Assembly: GCA_040954595.2 (NCBI GenBank)
Contig: CM082578.2
Span: forward strand, 2,028,831-2,092,830
Reading direction: 5' to 3'
DNA length: 64,000 nt
Source of the DNA: Balanoglossus misakiensis
Lineage: Eukaryota; Animalia; Hemichordata
This document shows positions 41,201 through 53,563 of the stretch, one piece after another (position 1 is the stretch's first letter; every line of letters begins with the position of its first letter). The notes under the pieces are model-generated. The model had not been told where the DNA came from and did no database searches. It was given only the letters and a program-made list of their open reading frames with translations. Made by a program: the position numbers and the translations under genes.

Positions 41201-41900
41201 TTATAGTACAGTGTACCTACACTGTTTTAGTAATGTACTGATAATGTTCAGACTATTTCTTGTGTCTGCTAAATATTTGTTCAAAAGTGGCAAAAACACA
41301 TACATGTAAATATCACCAAAATTGTTCAAAATCTTAACTTCAATCACCACAAGGAACATGCCTGCCAAAATGCGAAACAATCAAAGCAATCTGACAAGCG
41401 GTCTCAGAGGGAAAAAATGACAAAAAAATTATTATCAAAATTATAAATATGCAATTTTTGCAACAATCTGAACAAAACCATGGTTACTCAGACAACCTAT
41501 AAGAAGCTTCATACTAAATTTCAAAGAAGTAGGCCGATCACTTTCAGAAATGAAGATTTTTTACCAATAATGTTGAAAAATACAAACAAATGCATCAAAA
41601 ATAGAAAATCAATATTAGCTCAAAACATACAGGACTGTATGAGGTAGACATAAGGTACTTGCATACCAATTTCCAAATCAATCTGACCAGCAGTTGTTGA
41701 CTTTTGCGAGTTTTGACCAATTTCACATTTTTCCAGCTAATTTGCATATTTTTGGTAATGACAACTTCATGTTAACAAACTCCAATCTACAGCCCAGCCT
41801 GCATCTGCACACCAAATATCGAGGTGATACGCACAACGGTTTTCAAGTTTTTGATGTGGACGGACATACAGACATACATCCATACAAACAGACAGACATA

Positions 41901-42097
41901 CTGTAAAACACTTTATTTTCGCGAGCAATTAATTTTCGCCAAATACGCGAGAGCCAAAATAACGTTAAAATACAAAGTCGCGTAAATGTTTTTGAAGATA
42001 ACGATGCAGTGAATTAAATAAGAGAACGCGAAAATTAATACTCGCGAAACAGTGGCCTCTCTCGATATCGCGAAAAATTTAACTCGTGAAAATACAG
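41901..42097. mobile_element. Small TA-target MITE (Tc1/mariner-pogo type) inserted in the microsatellite of a HINE-like unit
   Basis: ta/ctgta...tacag/ta ends; internal inverted ttttcgcg / cgcgaaaa motifs; flanks rejoin as (cata)n. Confidence 0.72.
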
Positions 42098-45000
42098 TAC
42101 ATCCATACATAAATACAGACGCAACTGATTCCATAAGGCCCATGGTACATACCAAATGGGACCTAAAAACTGCAGAAGCTACACAAAACATTAATACTGA
42201 AAACATGGCAAACAGTTGTTGCTAACAGGGTTTTAAATCTCCCTCATAGATATTTTTGAACTCCCAATTTATGATTATTGACTGTTTGATTGATTAGTTG
42301 TTGCACAAATGATAGTATTATCAAAGTAAATAATATCTGTGAGAAATTTCTTTTCATATTTATTTGAATATGGATAGGGTAAGATGGGGGTTAAACAAAA
42401 CTACATTTGTTCAAAAGTAGCAAAAACACAAATATGCTAAAATCACTATAATTGTACACCATCTTACTTCAATCACTACAAGGAACATTCCTGCCAAAGT
42501 TCAAAGCAATCTGACAAGCGCTTCCAGACACAGCGAATTTGATAAACATCTACAAATATATTTTTATTTTTTAAACAAATCTTTTACAACACCTTACTTG
42601 GGTTACCCCCCTAGGAATCTGCATTCTGAGCAAAAATTACAAAATTGCTCAAAATTATAAATATACCAATTTCACAACAATTTGCAATTTGAACAAAAGC
42701 TATCGCTTTCAGAAATGAAGATTTTTTTTACCAATAATGCAGTAAAAGACAAAACAATAAAAATAGAAAATTCATAATATTAGCTCAAAACAAAACATAC
42801 AGGACTGTATGGCGTTTATTGACATGTATAAGAATATGGACAGGGTATGATAGGGGGGGGGAGTTATAAATTCCAAGGGGGTCATCAATTTTTTGTCATA
42901 ACTTTTTGGGGCCATAGAAAAAATAACCTAAAAAGTAGGAAACCCTACGTCCCCCCAAGCTTTCATTCTGGCCAACAACTTTTTATGAAGGCTTCTGCAA
43001 TTGTTAAAAACAGATTGCCTGCTATGTTAGACTATCAATCTATAGAGGGGATGAAAAATCTCCTTTTGTCAAGTGTCTGGATTTTGATAACTTCAACGGG
43101 TAAAAATATATTTGTAGATGTTTATCAAATTTACTATGTCTGAAACAGTATGCTTGCAAATGTATTAATATAGTCAGATAACATGAATAGTGAAGATAGC
43201 AAAACAAACAGGTTTATGCTTATAGCCATAACTTCTATTAGTGATGTACATGTTGTACGTAGCAAATAATTGTTATGATCAACTTGGTTTTTATTGCACA
43301 AGATCTTTTTATTGCATCCATGTTTCGTTTCATTCTGGATAATAGTCTGTCTAAATAAGTTAACAGGCTTGATGAGGGTTATTTTAAACAGTGTTCTCAA
43401 AAAACCTGCAATGTCATGCCCTATATTTATGAAGTTGAGGAGAGGTTGTATTCCTAGCAGGATGTTGAAATCATTGGAGGACAAACCTTGCCAGTACCAA
43501 AAGTTGCTGGGTGTTATAAATGTTTGAGTAACCCCCCCCCCCCTTCCCCAATAACACAATATATAATATCACATTTTTACAACATCTTACTCAGTTTACC
43601 CTTAGGAATATGCCTACCAAATCAATCTGACATGCAGGTTTAAAGAAAAAAAATGACCAAAAATGGCAAAAATTGCTCAAAATTTAAATATGCAAATGTT
43701 TCAACAATTTGAACAAAACTTTGGTTACTCAGACAACCATTAGAAGCTTCATACTAAAATTCAAAGAATGAGGCCTATAACTTTTAGAAATGATGATTTC
43801 TTTACCAATAATGTGGAAAAATACAAAAAATGCATAAAAGATTTTTGGCATAAAAAATTAAAAATCGATAATATTAGCTCAAAACATACAGGACTGTTTG
43901 AGGTAGACATAAGGTACATGCATACTGATTTTCAAATCAATGTGACCAGTGGTTGTTGAGTTTGAGTTTTGACCAATTTCACATTTTCCTAGCTAATTTG
44001 CATATTTTTGGCAATGACAGCTTCATTTGAACAAACTCCAATCTTCAGCCTGGCCTGCATCTACACACCAAATATCGAGGTCATATGCTTAGCGGTTTTC
44101 AAGTTTGTGATGTAGACGGACATACAGACATACATACATACATCCACCGATATCATAAGGTCCCATGGTAAAGCAAATGGGTCCTTACAAAACTATGGTA
44201 ACTCAGATCACCTATGAAGCTTCATACTAAATTTCAAATAAGTCAGCTGATCAATTCCAGAAAAGCAGATTTTCTACCGATAATGTGGAAAGAGACAAAA
44301 AATACAAATGGAAAATTCACATTATTAGCTCACAACATATAGAACTGTGTGAGGTTAACATAACTTACAGGAATACCAATTTTCAATTTTGAAAGCAATT
44401 TGCTCAGTAGTTGTTGAGTTCCCGAGTTTTGACGAATTTGACACTTTCCCAGCTAATTTGCATATTTTGGCAATGAAAACTTCATTTTGACAACTCCCAC
44501 CTACTGCCCTGCCTGCATCTCCACACTAAATATCAAGGTCACATGCCAGTGGTTTCCAAGTGTTTGATATTGATAGACATACAGACAAACATCCGTACAG
44601 ACATCCATATATACAGGTGCAACTGATCCCATAAGGTCCCATGGTATAAATACATATACCTGCACCAAATGGGACCTAATAATTCCGATAAAATGCCTAC
44701 ATAGTAAGTGTAAAAACCACTTGTACCGTCAACGTCCTTGGACAACAATGGCTAATATTACTTGCCAAGGGCGACTAGAATTTTGGGGGCCTGATGCAAT
44801 TCTGATACATGTACTTCATGATTTAGAGATATGGTGAAAATCCTGTCAACCGAATTACTGGGAAATCAGATTTTCCATGTAAAATCATATCACCCCAAAA
44901 TGTCAAGTGTCGAAAATAATTTTGAAACAAAAAGTCTACTCAAAATCATACCAAAATTTAAATTTTAAAGCAGTACGTTAGGCAAGCAATTTGAGAATGA

Positions 45001-45376
45001 AGAAACTTACAAAAAATTTATAAATTGAAAATAATTTACAAATGCCGCACACAAACTTACAATCACTACCATATTACTGTACAAGTTAAAAGGACATTGT
45101 ACCAGCAGAGACATTGCGATCGAGCAATCCCCAAGATATACATGACATGGTCTAATTACAAATATTGAATATGTAAAATAAGTACACAACACTTCCAGTC
45201 TTTCAGTACAGTCAGCTGCTTGTTAACAATAGGCATGTAGCTATTTCATCAAATTTACAGCCCAAGTCATGCCTATACAATTCTCCCTTAAGCTACCCTA
45301 AGTGAGTGATGAAAATCTCATATGGTCGACAATTGATGGCCGATTTTTGCCATGTTAAAGAAATGGGAGTTCATAA

Positions 45377-46153
45377 GGCTGCATTCACAAACACCTCTGG
45401 AGGGGGGGGGGGGGCAGGAGAATTGCGGGGGGGATTTGAAAAAATTGAGGGTATGTAAGGGGGGATTTGAAATAATTTAGGGACTGAAAGGGGGGACTTG
45501 AAAACTTTGACGACTAAATATTTATTTTGAGTCCACAAAAATGCAGTTTCGCGCCCTTTATTTAACACCCCCTCCCACACCCACCCCCTCCATTCATCAA
45601 CACCTTTCAATCATTGACTGGTTCAAACATTGTCTAGTGTCCCAGGTCAGGGGACTTGCCCCCACCCCATGATAACTTTGAGCGGCGACGGTTAAATTTG
45701 TCCTCCCCAACATACCGGTATTTGAGTTAATTTGCTTTTGCCGGGTTCATTAAAATGCAACTTTGAGCTCTGTAATTTATAAAATTTTCTTACGTGGGAG
45801 GGGGACACCCCTTCCCACACCCACCCCCTTCAATTCTCGGTTTACAATGTCTCCCAACACAGAATACAAATACTTAAAAAGTAAAAACAATGTTCAGTTT
45901 TAATACCCACTGATGAGGGGAAACATCAGTTTCAAAGTCTTTTCATGGGAGCGATATTTTTCTTTTTTACAAGATAGATAGGTGATGTGTTTTGCTCTGT
46001 GAAAGAAAATGGGGGGGGGGTTTCAAAATTTTGGCAGTTCAGAAGGGGGGATTTGAAAATATTTCGGGTTGTGTACGGGGGGCATGTGAAAATTAGCGGT
46101 AAAAAAAATGGAATTCTCCCCCCCCCCCTCCAGAGGTGTTTGTGAATGGAGCC
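45377..46153. mobile_element. PIF/Harbinger-type MITE
   Basis: TIR ggctgcattcacaaacacctctggagggggg / ccctccagaggtgtttgtgaatggagcc; TAA TSD (45374-45376, 46154-46156). Confidence 0.9.
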
Positions 46154-46590
46154 TAAGCTAAAGTGATAATGGGTCATTCTTGAACTTTTTAACAGACAAA
46201 ATAACAAAATGTGAAAAAAGTTTAATGAATTTAATATGCTAACTACAGAGACAGACATGTTTGACCAAAGCATGAAATACAAAAAAATGTATCATTTCTT
46301 CTATCTCTTACTACAGTTGGTTGTGGACTTTTCGCCCAGAATGCAATGTGATTTGACCCCCTAGCGCAAAGTGAAAACCTATTTAAGGCAGCCAGAATTT
46401 TCTGCATAATATGACGGAAACATTTGTAAAGTCATGGCTAGCGTGGGCTGGTAAGTATATGCGACTCTCCATGATAACCAGTTGTGACTTGCCACCACCA
46501 TAATTTTGAAAGGGCGACTTCACAATTTGATGGGAAAAGGTAGCCTTTACAAACAAGCTATGGAGCATGTATACAGCAAGTTGTGCTTAC

Positions 46591-46663
46591 CGGAAAGCGG
46601 TCTTGGATCAGGCCTAGGTATTCTCTTCCTCCTCCGGCATACGTTGAAATGCTGTGTTTAAGA
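46591..46663 (-). other. Candidate 73-nt exon of an unidentified minus-strand transcript (paralog 52195-52267)
   Basis: Minus strand ttgattcacag/TCTTAAAC...TTTCCG/gtaagc; canonical splice sites; identical in both duplication copies. Confidence 0.5.
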
Positions 46664-47845
46664 CTGTGAATCAAATATATGCATATTAATTAGTAACCAA
46701 TCAACCTTGCTTTAGAATTATCTGGGCCATACTAATTGGTGAAAATATGCAAAACATGGTATAATGTAGGGTCAGACTGTGCTGCGATAATGTACAACAG
46801 TGGAATACGAATCAGAGAAATCTGTAACAGCGATCTTGAAACTCCATTTACATCAGTACTGCAGTAAAGTGGTCCACATGGGTATACCACAAACATGGCA
46901 GTTAGGTGACAAGTGAAACTGACATCATATCTGTAAACGACAGGTGTACACACACTTTGACATCTACGTAACACTGTACAGGGATTTCTTTATGTTTGTT
47001 GTGAAAATGAAACTTACATTTGATCCACCTCACTTTTCATACAACTGATTAGCATAAGAATGTACATTGTTGGCAATTATAAAACATTTATTTTAGTATA
47101 GAAAAGTAAGCCTTAAAATTTAAACTTTGAATATCAGTATACTAAAATGTTTCAAACGTAGCTGTCAGTATATCTCATGGCATGGTGGCAGAAGTAGATG
47201 TTGCTACCAGGGAAGCCGATTGAACATAGACAAGCCCAATAGTCGCTTGGTGATTTTTTATCTTTATAAAGATTCTCAAAACTTTTTGTGCATTTGGTAG
47301 CTTTGGGCAAGTTTCTGGTCCTGATCAGAGTTTTCGAATTCAGAACTGCGCTTCTCTGGCTTTGGTAACCATGGGCCAATCTGCACACATTTTTGAAAAA
47401 GAATCCAGCCTGTTTGTGTCATGATTTATATTATTCTTTCTGGCCTAAAGTATTGTTTTATGTCACTCTAAACAACATTACTTTCCTTCATGTGTCTAAT
47501 ATAATAACAGATCTCTTAGCCAGTTTGATTAAGCATAGTGTTGGACTAGCACAATTTCAGCCAAAATTACGGTCTCTCCTCGTGTATTGGTATGGGAGTA
47601 ATTTCTAGCTATATGGTTAAGGAAATGCATCCAAATTTAATTTATGCATGCTTCACATGAAGATTTGAACTTGACCATTTAATTCATGTCATCACGATCA
47701 TATCACAGGCAATCGAGGCCAGAATTCGAAGGGGAAAAAAGTATTGATAACTGGAATGTGTAAATTAGTTCGTAGACATACATTGCTTCCTATTGTCTCG
47801 GTTGCAACGCCCGATAAAAGCAAATATATAGCAAGTCATGCTTAC

Positions 47846-47919
47846 CATTGAGCGGTCTTAAACTCGCCCCGGACGAGAAAGAGAATCCAGAGTTGAAATG
47901 AGACAATCTCAGGCAGCAT
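47846..47919 (-). other. Candidate 74-nt exon of the same minus-strand transcript (paralog 52831-52905, 75 nt)
   Basis: Minus strand ttgattcatag/ATGCTGCC...CAATG/gtaagc; shares motifs with the 73-nt unit. Confidence 0.45.
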
Positions 47920-50167
47920 CTATGAATCAAATAGACATAGAAGTTAGTAACCAGTCATAGTAGCTCTAAGTTGGGTGTACCAACTCTCCTTGTTAACAGT
48001 AACTTTCAAAGAAACTGAACAATTGGTTAAGAAGAGTTTCTATCCAAAACAGAGATAGAAAAATGTATTTTTGACCAAACATTGTCTGTACAAACACATA
48101 TGACAAGCAACTTATTTCAGTCAGCCCTGCTCACTGACCCACCACTGTTAATTCAAAATAGAATAACTGGTAGTCTCTGTAACAGCTGGCATATTAAAGT
48201 TATGTAAACATGTCTAAGTTGGGTGTACCAACTCTCCTTGTTAACAGCAACTTTCAAAGAAACTGAACGATTGGTTAAGAAGATTTGCAATCCAAAAACA
48301 AAGAAATTTACAACAAACTATTTTGACAACCAGAATTTAATCAAAGTTGCACGTACATATACATGTGTTATGAAATTGTTAACTAACTTCCAAAGCAATC
48401 ATAACAAAATTGGTTACCCCTAGGAATATTCCTACCATATTTCAAAGCCATCAAAAAAGTTCAAAGCAATCTGACAACGGCTTGAACGGTTTAAGAGAAA
48501 ACAGTTTTTGGCAGAGATTGCCAAAAATATGCTCAATGACACAAGCACGCAGTTTTAACAATTTTTACGACATCTTACTTGGGTTACCCCTGGGAATCTG
48601 CCTACCAAATTGCAAAGCATTCTGACCAAAATTGGCAAAAATGCTCAAAATTATAAATATGCCTATTTTACAACAAATTGAACAAAAACTATGGAAACTC
48701 GGACCACCTATATGAAGCTTCATACTAAATTTTGAAGGAGTCGGACTATCGCTTTCAGAAGTGAAGATTTTTTTTACCAATAATGTGGAAAAAGACAAAC
48801 AAATTAATAAACATTAGAAAATTCATAATATTAGCTCAAAACATACAGGACTGTGTGGGGTTCATTGACATACCGGTTTTCAGATCAATCTGACCAGTGG
48901 TTGTTGAGTTTCTGACTTTTGACCAATTTCACATTTTCACAGGTAATACTTTTGGCAATGACAACTTCATTTGAACAAAATCCCACCTACAGCCCCGACT
49001 GCATCTACACACTAAATATGGAAGTGATACGTGCAGCAGTTTTCATCCGTTCATTCATACATACATATGCATGTCATTCCTTAAGGTCCCAATCGTATAT
49101 ATATATATACACACAAACCAAATGCCATAGGACCTAAAAATTGCTCCAAAATTAAAATACACAAATTTTGCAACACTTTAATCAAAACTATGGTAACTCA
49201 GATCACCTGTGAAGCTTCATACTAAATTTCAAACAAGTCAGCTGATCACTTCCAGAAAAGTATTTTTTTTACCGATAATGTGCAGACAAAAAATGCATAA
49301 AAATTGGAAATTCACATAAGCTGACAACATATAGGGCTGTGTGGGGTTACCATAAGTTACATGCATATCAATTTTGAATTTGAAAGCAATTTACCCAGTA
49401 GTTTTTGAGTTCCTGAGTTTTGACAAATTTGACACTTTCCCAGCTCATTTGCATATTTTGGCAATGACAACTTCATTTAGACAAACTCCCACCTACTGCC
49501 CTGTGTAAAAACCACTTGTACCTTCAACGTGCTTGGACAACACATTTTTGTAACTTTCCGACATCAATGGCTAATATTACATGGCAAGGGTGACTAGAAT
49601 TTTGTTTGGGGGTGCCGATGCAATTCTGATACATGTACTTCATGATTTAGAGGTATGGTGAAAATCCTGTCAACCGAATTACATCATTTTACCAAAAAAT
49701 TTCAAAAGTGTAGAAAATAATTTTGAAACAGAAAGCCTACTCAAAATCATACCAAAATTTAAAGTTTAATGCAGTTGGGCAAGCAATTTGAGAATGAAGA
49801 AACTTACAAATAATTTATAAATTGTAAATAATTTACAAATGCCGCACACACTTACAATTACTACCATATTACATGATAAAAGGACATTGTACCAGCAGAG
49901 ACATTGCGATCGAGCAATCCCCAAGATATACATCACATGGTCTAATTACAAATATTGAATATGTAAAATAAGTACACATAACTTCCAGTCCTTCAGTACA
50001 GTCAGCTGCTTGTGAACAATAGGCATGTAGCAATTAAATCAAATTTATAGCCCAAGTCATGCCTATACAATTCTCCCTACTTTAAATACGTTTTAAGCTA
50101 CCCTAAATGAGTGATGAAAAACTCATACGGTCGACAATTTCAAGATGGCCGATTTTTGCCATGTTAA

Positions 50168-50874
50168 GGCTGCATTCACAAACACCTCTGGAGGGGGGGA
50201 CGGGAGAATTCAATTTTTTTTACCGTTAATTTTCACATGCCCCCCTCAACAACCTGAAATATTTTCAAATCCCCCCTTCCGAACTGCTAAAATTTTCAAA
50301 TCCCCCCCCCACCCATTTTCTTTCACAGAGCAAAACACATCACCTATCTATCTTGTAAAAAAGAAAAACAGCGCTCCCATGAAAAGAATTTGAAACTGAT
50401 GTACCCCCTCACTGAACATTGTTTTTATTTTTAAGTATTTGTATTCTGTGTTGGGAGACATTGTAAACCGAGAATTGAAGGGGGTGGGAGGGGGTGAGCA
50501 AATTAACTCAACTACCGGTATGTTGGGGAGGACAAATTTAACCGTCGCCGCTCAAAGTTATCATGGGGTGGGGGCAAATCCCCTGACCTGGAACACTAGA
50601 CAAACCAGTCAATGATTGAAAGGTGCTGATGAAAGGAGGGGGTGGGTGTGGGAGGGGGTGTCCCCTCCCACATTAGAAAATTTTGTAAAATAAAGGGCGC
50701 GAAACTGCATTTTTGTGGACTCAAAATAAATATTTAGTCGTCAAAGTTTTCAAGTCCCCCCCTTTCAGTCCCTAAATTATTTCAAATCCCCCCTTACATA
50801 CCCTCAATTTTTTCAAATCCCCCCCTCAATTCTCCTGCCCCCCCCCCCCTCCAGAGGTGTTTGTGAATGCAGCC
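50168..50874. mobile_element. PIF/Harbinger-type MITE, same family as 45377-46153, opposite orientation
   Basis: Same TIR (ggctgcattcacaaacacctctggaggg); TAA TSD (50165-50167, 50875-50877); internal sequence is the reverse complement of the copy-A element. Confidence 0.9.
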
Positions 50875-51009
50875 TAAAGAAATGGGAGTTCATAAGCTAA
50901 AATGATGATGGGTCATTCTTGAACTTTTTAACAGAAAAAATAACTACAGAGACAGAAATGTTTGACCAAAGGAAGTCATGAAATACAGTAAACATATGAA
51001 ATACAAAAT

Positions 51010-51673
51010 ATGAGAGTTCAAAGAATTCCTTCGGTTAAACTTAATGACATCACTTTGAAGTTTGTACCTGTACACACCTATCTGGGCCATGTAATATCTT
51101 GTGATGGTTGTGATAATGAAGATATTGAACGACAGAGAAGAGCATTTTGCGTTAGAGCAAACATGCTATTGAGACATTTTCAACATTGTAGTCAAGATGT
51201 GAAGAAAGTTTTATTTTTGGCATATTGTAGTAATATTTACTGCTGCAGTTTGTGGGCATCCTTTAAAGTTAAACCGATGAAAAAATTTAAAACTATGTAC
51301 AATAATGTTTGGAGAAGACTTCTCGGTCTTCCGCCATTTTGCAGTGCATCGGTTATGTTTGCTACAAACCATGTATTGTCACTTGGTGAAGTTTTTAGAC
51401 GCAATATGTACAGTTTTAAGCGTAGACTCGAAAATTCTTCTAATGTTTTACTTGATGCGATCTGTTCATCAGATAGAGCGACTGACAGCATATTTTTCAA
51501 ACATTGGCGAAAGCAATTGTATATCATGTAATTTTGCAGAGTTTTTTTTTTGTGTGTGTGTGTCTCAGTTTCAGATTTTCCAGAGTATTTTCATTAGTGT
51601 TTTTTTTTCTTTTTTTCTTCTCTCTTTTGGGTATATGGTCTTTTTTTTAAAGTCTGAAATAAAGTATTATTAT
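51010..51673 (+). mobile_element. 5'-truncated non-LTR retrotransposon 3' end (post-RT region; clade uncertain, possibly RTE-X-like), only in copy B
   Basis: Uninterrupted 173-aa ORF with YLGHVI..DNEDIERQRRAF..RANMLLRHF..CS..VK..LF.AYC..IY...LW; T-rich 3' UTR; AATAAA then (TAT)n; empty site in copy A at ~46280-46295. Confidence 0.88.
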
Positions 51674-53114
51674 ATCATTTCTTCAATCTCTTACTACAGT
51701 TGGTTGTGGACTTTCCGCCCAGAATGCAATGAGATTTGACCCCCTACCACAAAGTGGAAACCTATTTAAGGCAGCCAGAATTTTCTGCATAGTATGACGG
51801 AAACATTTGTAAAGTCATGGCTAGCATGGGTTGGCAGGTTTATGGGACCTGCTCAGGTTCCCTCGAATAACACATAATGCATGATTGGTGACTGATTATT
51901 CTTTATTTGTTGATTTTGTCACATTTTCAGATAAATCCCTATCAATCAGTCATTGTTTGGCCTTGCTATACAGCGCAATATGAATCTTGTTGACTGAAAT
52001 TGTTGAGGATAGTGGTACATAAAGGTTACCAAGTGGAAAATATTCAAATGATTATTAGTGGTGTCCAACTCACCATGATAACCAGTTGTGGCTTGCCACC
52101 ACCATAATTTTAAAAGGGTGACTTCACTATTTGATGGGAAAAGGTAGCATTTACAAACAAGCTATGGAGCATGTATACAGCAAGTTGTGCTTACCGGAAA
52201 GCGGTCTTGGATCAGGCCTAGGTATTCTCTTCCTCCTCCGGCATACGTTGAAATGCTGTGTTTAAGACTGTGAATCGAATATATGCATATTAATTAATAA
52301 CCAATCAACCTTGCTTTAGAATTATGTGGGCCATACTAATTAGTGAAAATATGCAAAACATGGTGTAATGTAGGGTCAGAAAAAATATCCAGCCTGTTTG
52401 TGTCATGATTTACATTTTTCTTTCTGGCCTAAAGTATTGTTTTATTTCACTCTAAACAACATTACTTTCCTTAATGTGTCTAATATAATAACAGATCTCT
52501 TAGCCAGTTTGATTAAGCATAGTGTTGGACTAGCACACCTTCAGCCAAAATTACGGTCTCTCCTCGTGTATTGGTATGGGAGTAATTTCTAGCTATATGG
52601 TTAAGGAAATGCATCCAAATTTAATTTATGCATGCTTCACATGAAGATTTGAACTTGACCATTTAATTCATGTCATCACGATCATATCACAGGCAATCGA
52701 GGCCAGAATTCGAAGGGAAAAAAAAGTATTGATAACTGGAATGTGTAAATTAGTTCGTAGACATACATTGCTTCCTATTGTTTCGGTTGCAACGCCCGAT
52801 AAAAGCAAATATACAGCAAGTCATGCTTACCATTGAGCGGTCTTAAACTCGCCCCGGACGAGGAAGAGAATCCCGAGTTGAAATGCAGACAATTTCAGGC
52901 AGCATCTGTGAATCAAAAAGACATAGAAGTTAATAACCAGTCATAGAAGCTCTGCGTGGCAGGGCTGCGTGTTAATGGCTATGTCATAGCTCACACTGGT
53001 AGCTTATAACAGTCTCAATGGTGCCAAAAATCTCCCCAACAACAAAACTAATTCTGGTCAGTTTATTCGCTATCGCTTTGCCTTAAAAGTTAGGGCCTAT
53101 ACTGTAGTGTGTTA

Positions 53115-53563
53115 CCACAGGGGGCTCTCCCTCCGCGATTTTATTGTTTGTTTGTTTGTTTGTTGTTGTTGATTGGCATAATAAACAAATACATATTTCT
53201 TTATTAATAAATATGGTTTGTTGACATGTAAGTGTTAGGGTATATTCGACAGGTTAAGGTATATTCAACGGTTAGGATTAGTGTTGGCATTTTTTTCGAT
53301 TCTTGGCCCCGGGCATCACTAAGCCACAAAGAGAGGGTGATACCGACCGTGGATAGAAAAAATGCCAACATTAATCCTAACCGTTGAATATACCATAACC
53401 TGTCGAATATACCCTAATAACCTAACCCTTACATGTCAACAAACCATATTTATTAATAAAGAAATATTTATTTGTTTATTATGCCAATCAACAACAACAA
53501 CAACAACAGACAAACAAACAAACAAACAAACAATAAAATCGTGGAGGGAGAGCCCCTTGTGGT
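53115..53563. mobile_element. Fold-back MITE with ~185-bp arms containing (TTTG/TTG)n
   Basis: accacagggggctctccctcc...gttggcattttt mirrored by aaaaatgccaac...ggagggagagccccttgtggt. Confidence 0.85.

Larger units (their letters stand above)
44190..47967 (+). repeat. Segmental duplication II, copy A
   Basis: Colinear with 49186-52953 apart from copy-specific indels (A-only ~46777-47395; B-only ~51010-51673 and ~51840-52068). Confidence 0.95.
38284..49503 (+). mobile_element. Cluster of degenerate same-orientation units of a HINE/DINE-1 (Helentron-derived)-like repeat, interleaved with other sequence
   Basis: Anchor gaagcttcatactaaa at ~38505, 39631, 41502, 43743, 44216, 48714, 49211. Several units end in a (GACA/CATA)n microsatellite plus hairpin agg(t)cccat...atggga/tcct (~42135, 44158, 44634, 49084). 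Confidence 0.65.
49186..52953 (+). repeat. Segmental duplication II, copy B
   Basis: Colinear with 44190-47967; ORFs 47393 and 52398 are paralogous read-outs. Confidence 0.95.

Noticed and set aside
43134-43559. 141-aa minus-strand ORF or possible plus-strand exon near 43457
   Set aside because: No recognisable motif and no convincing paired splice sites.
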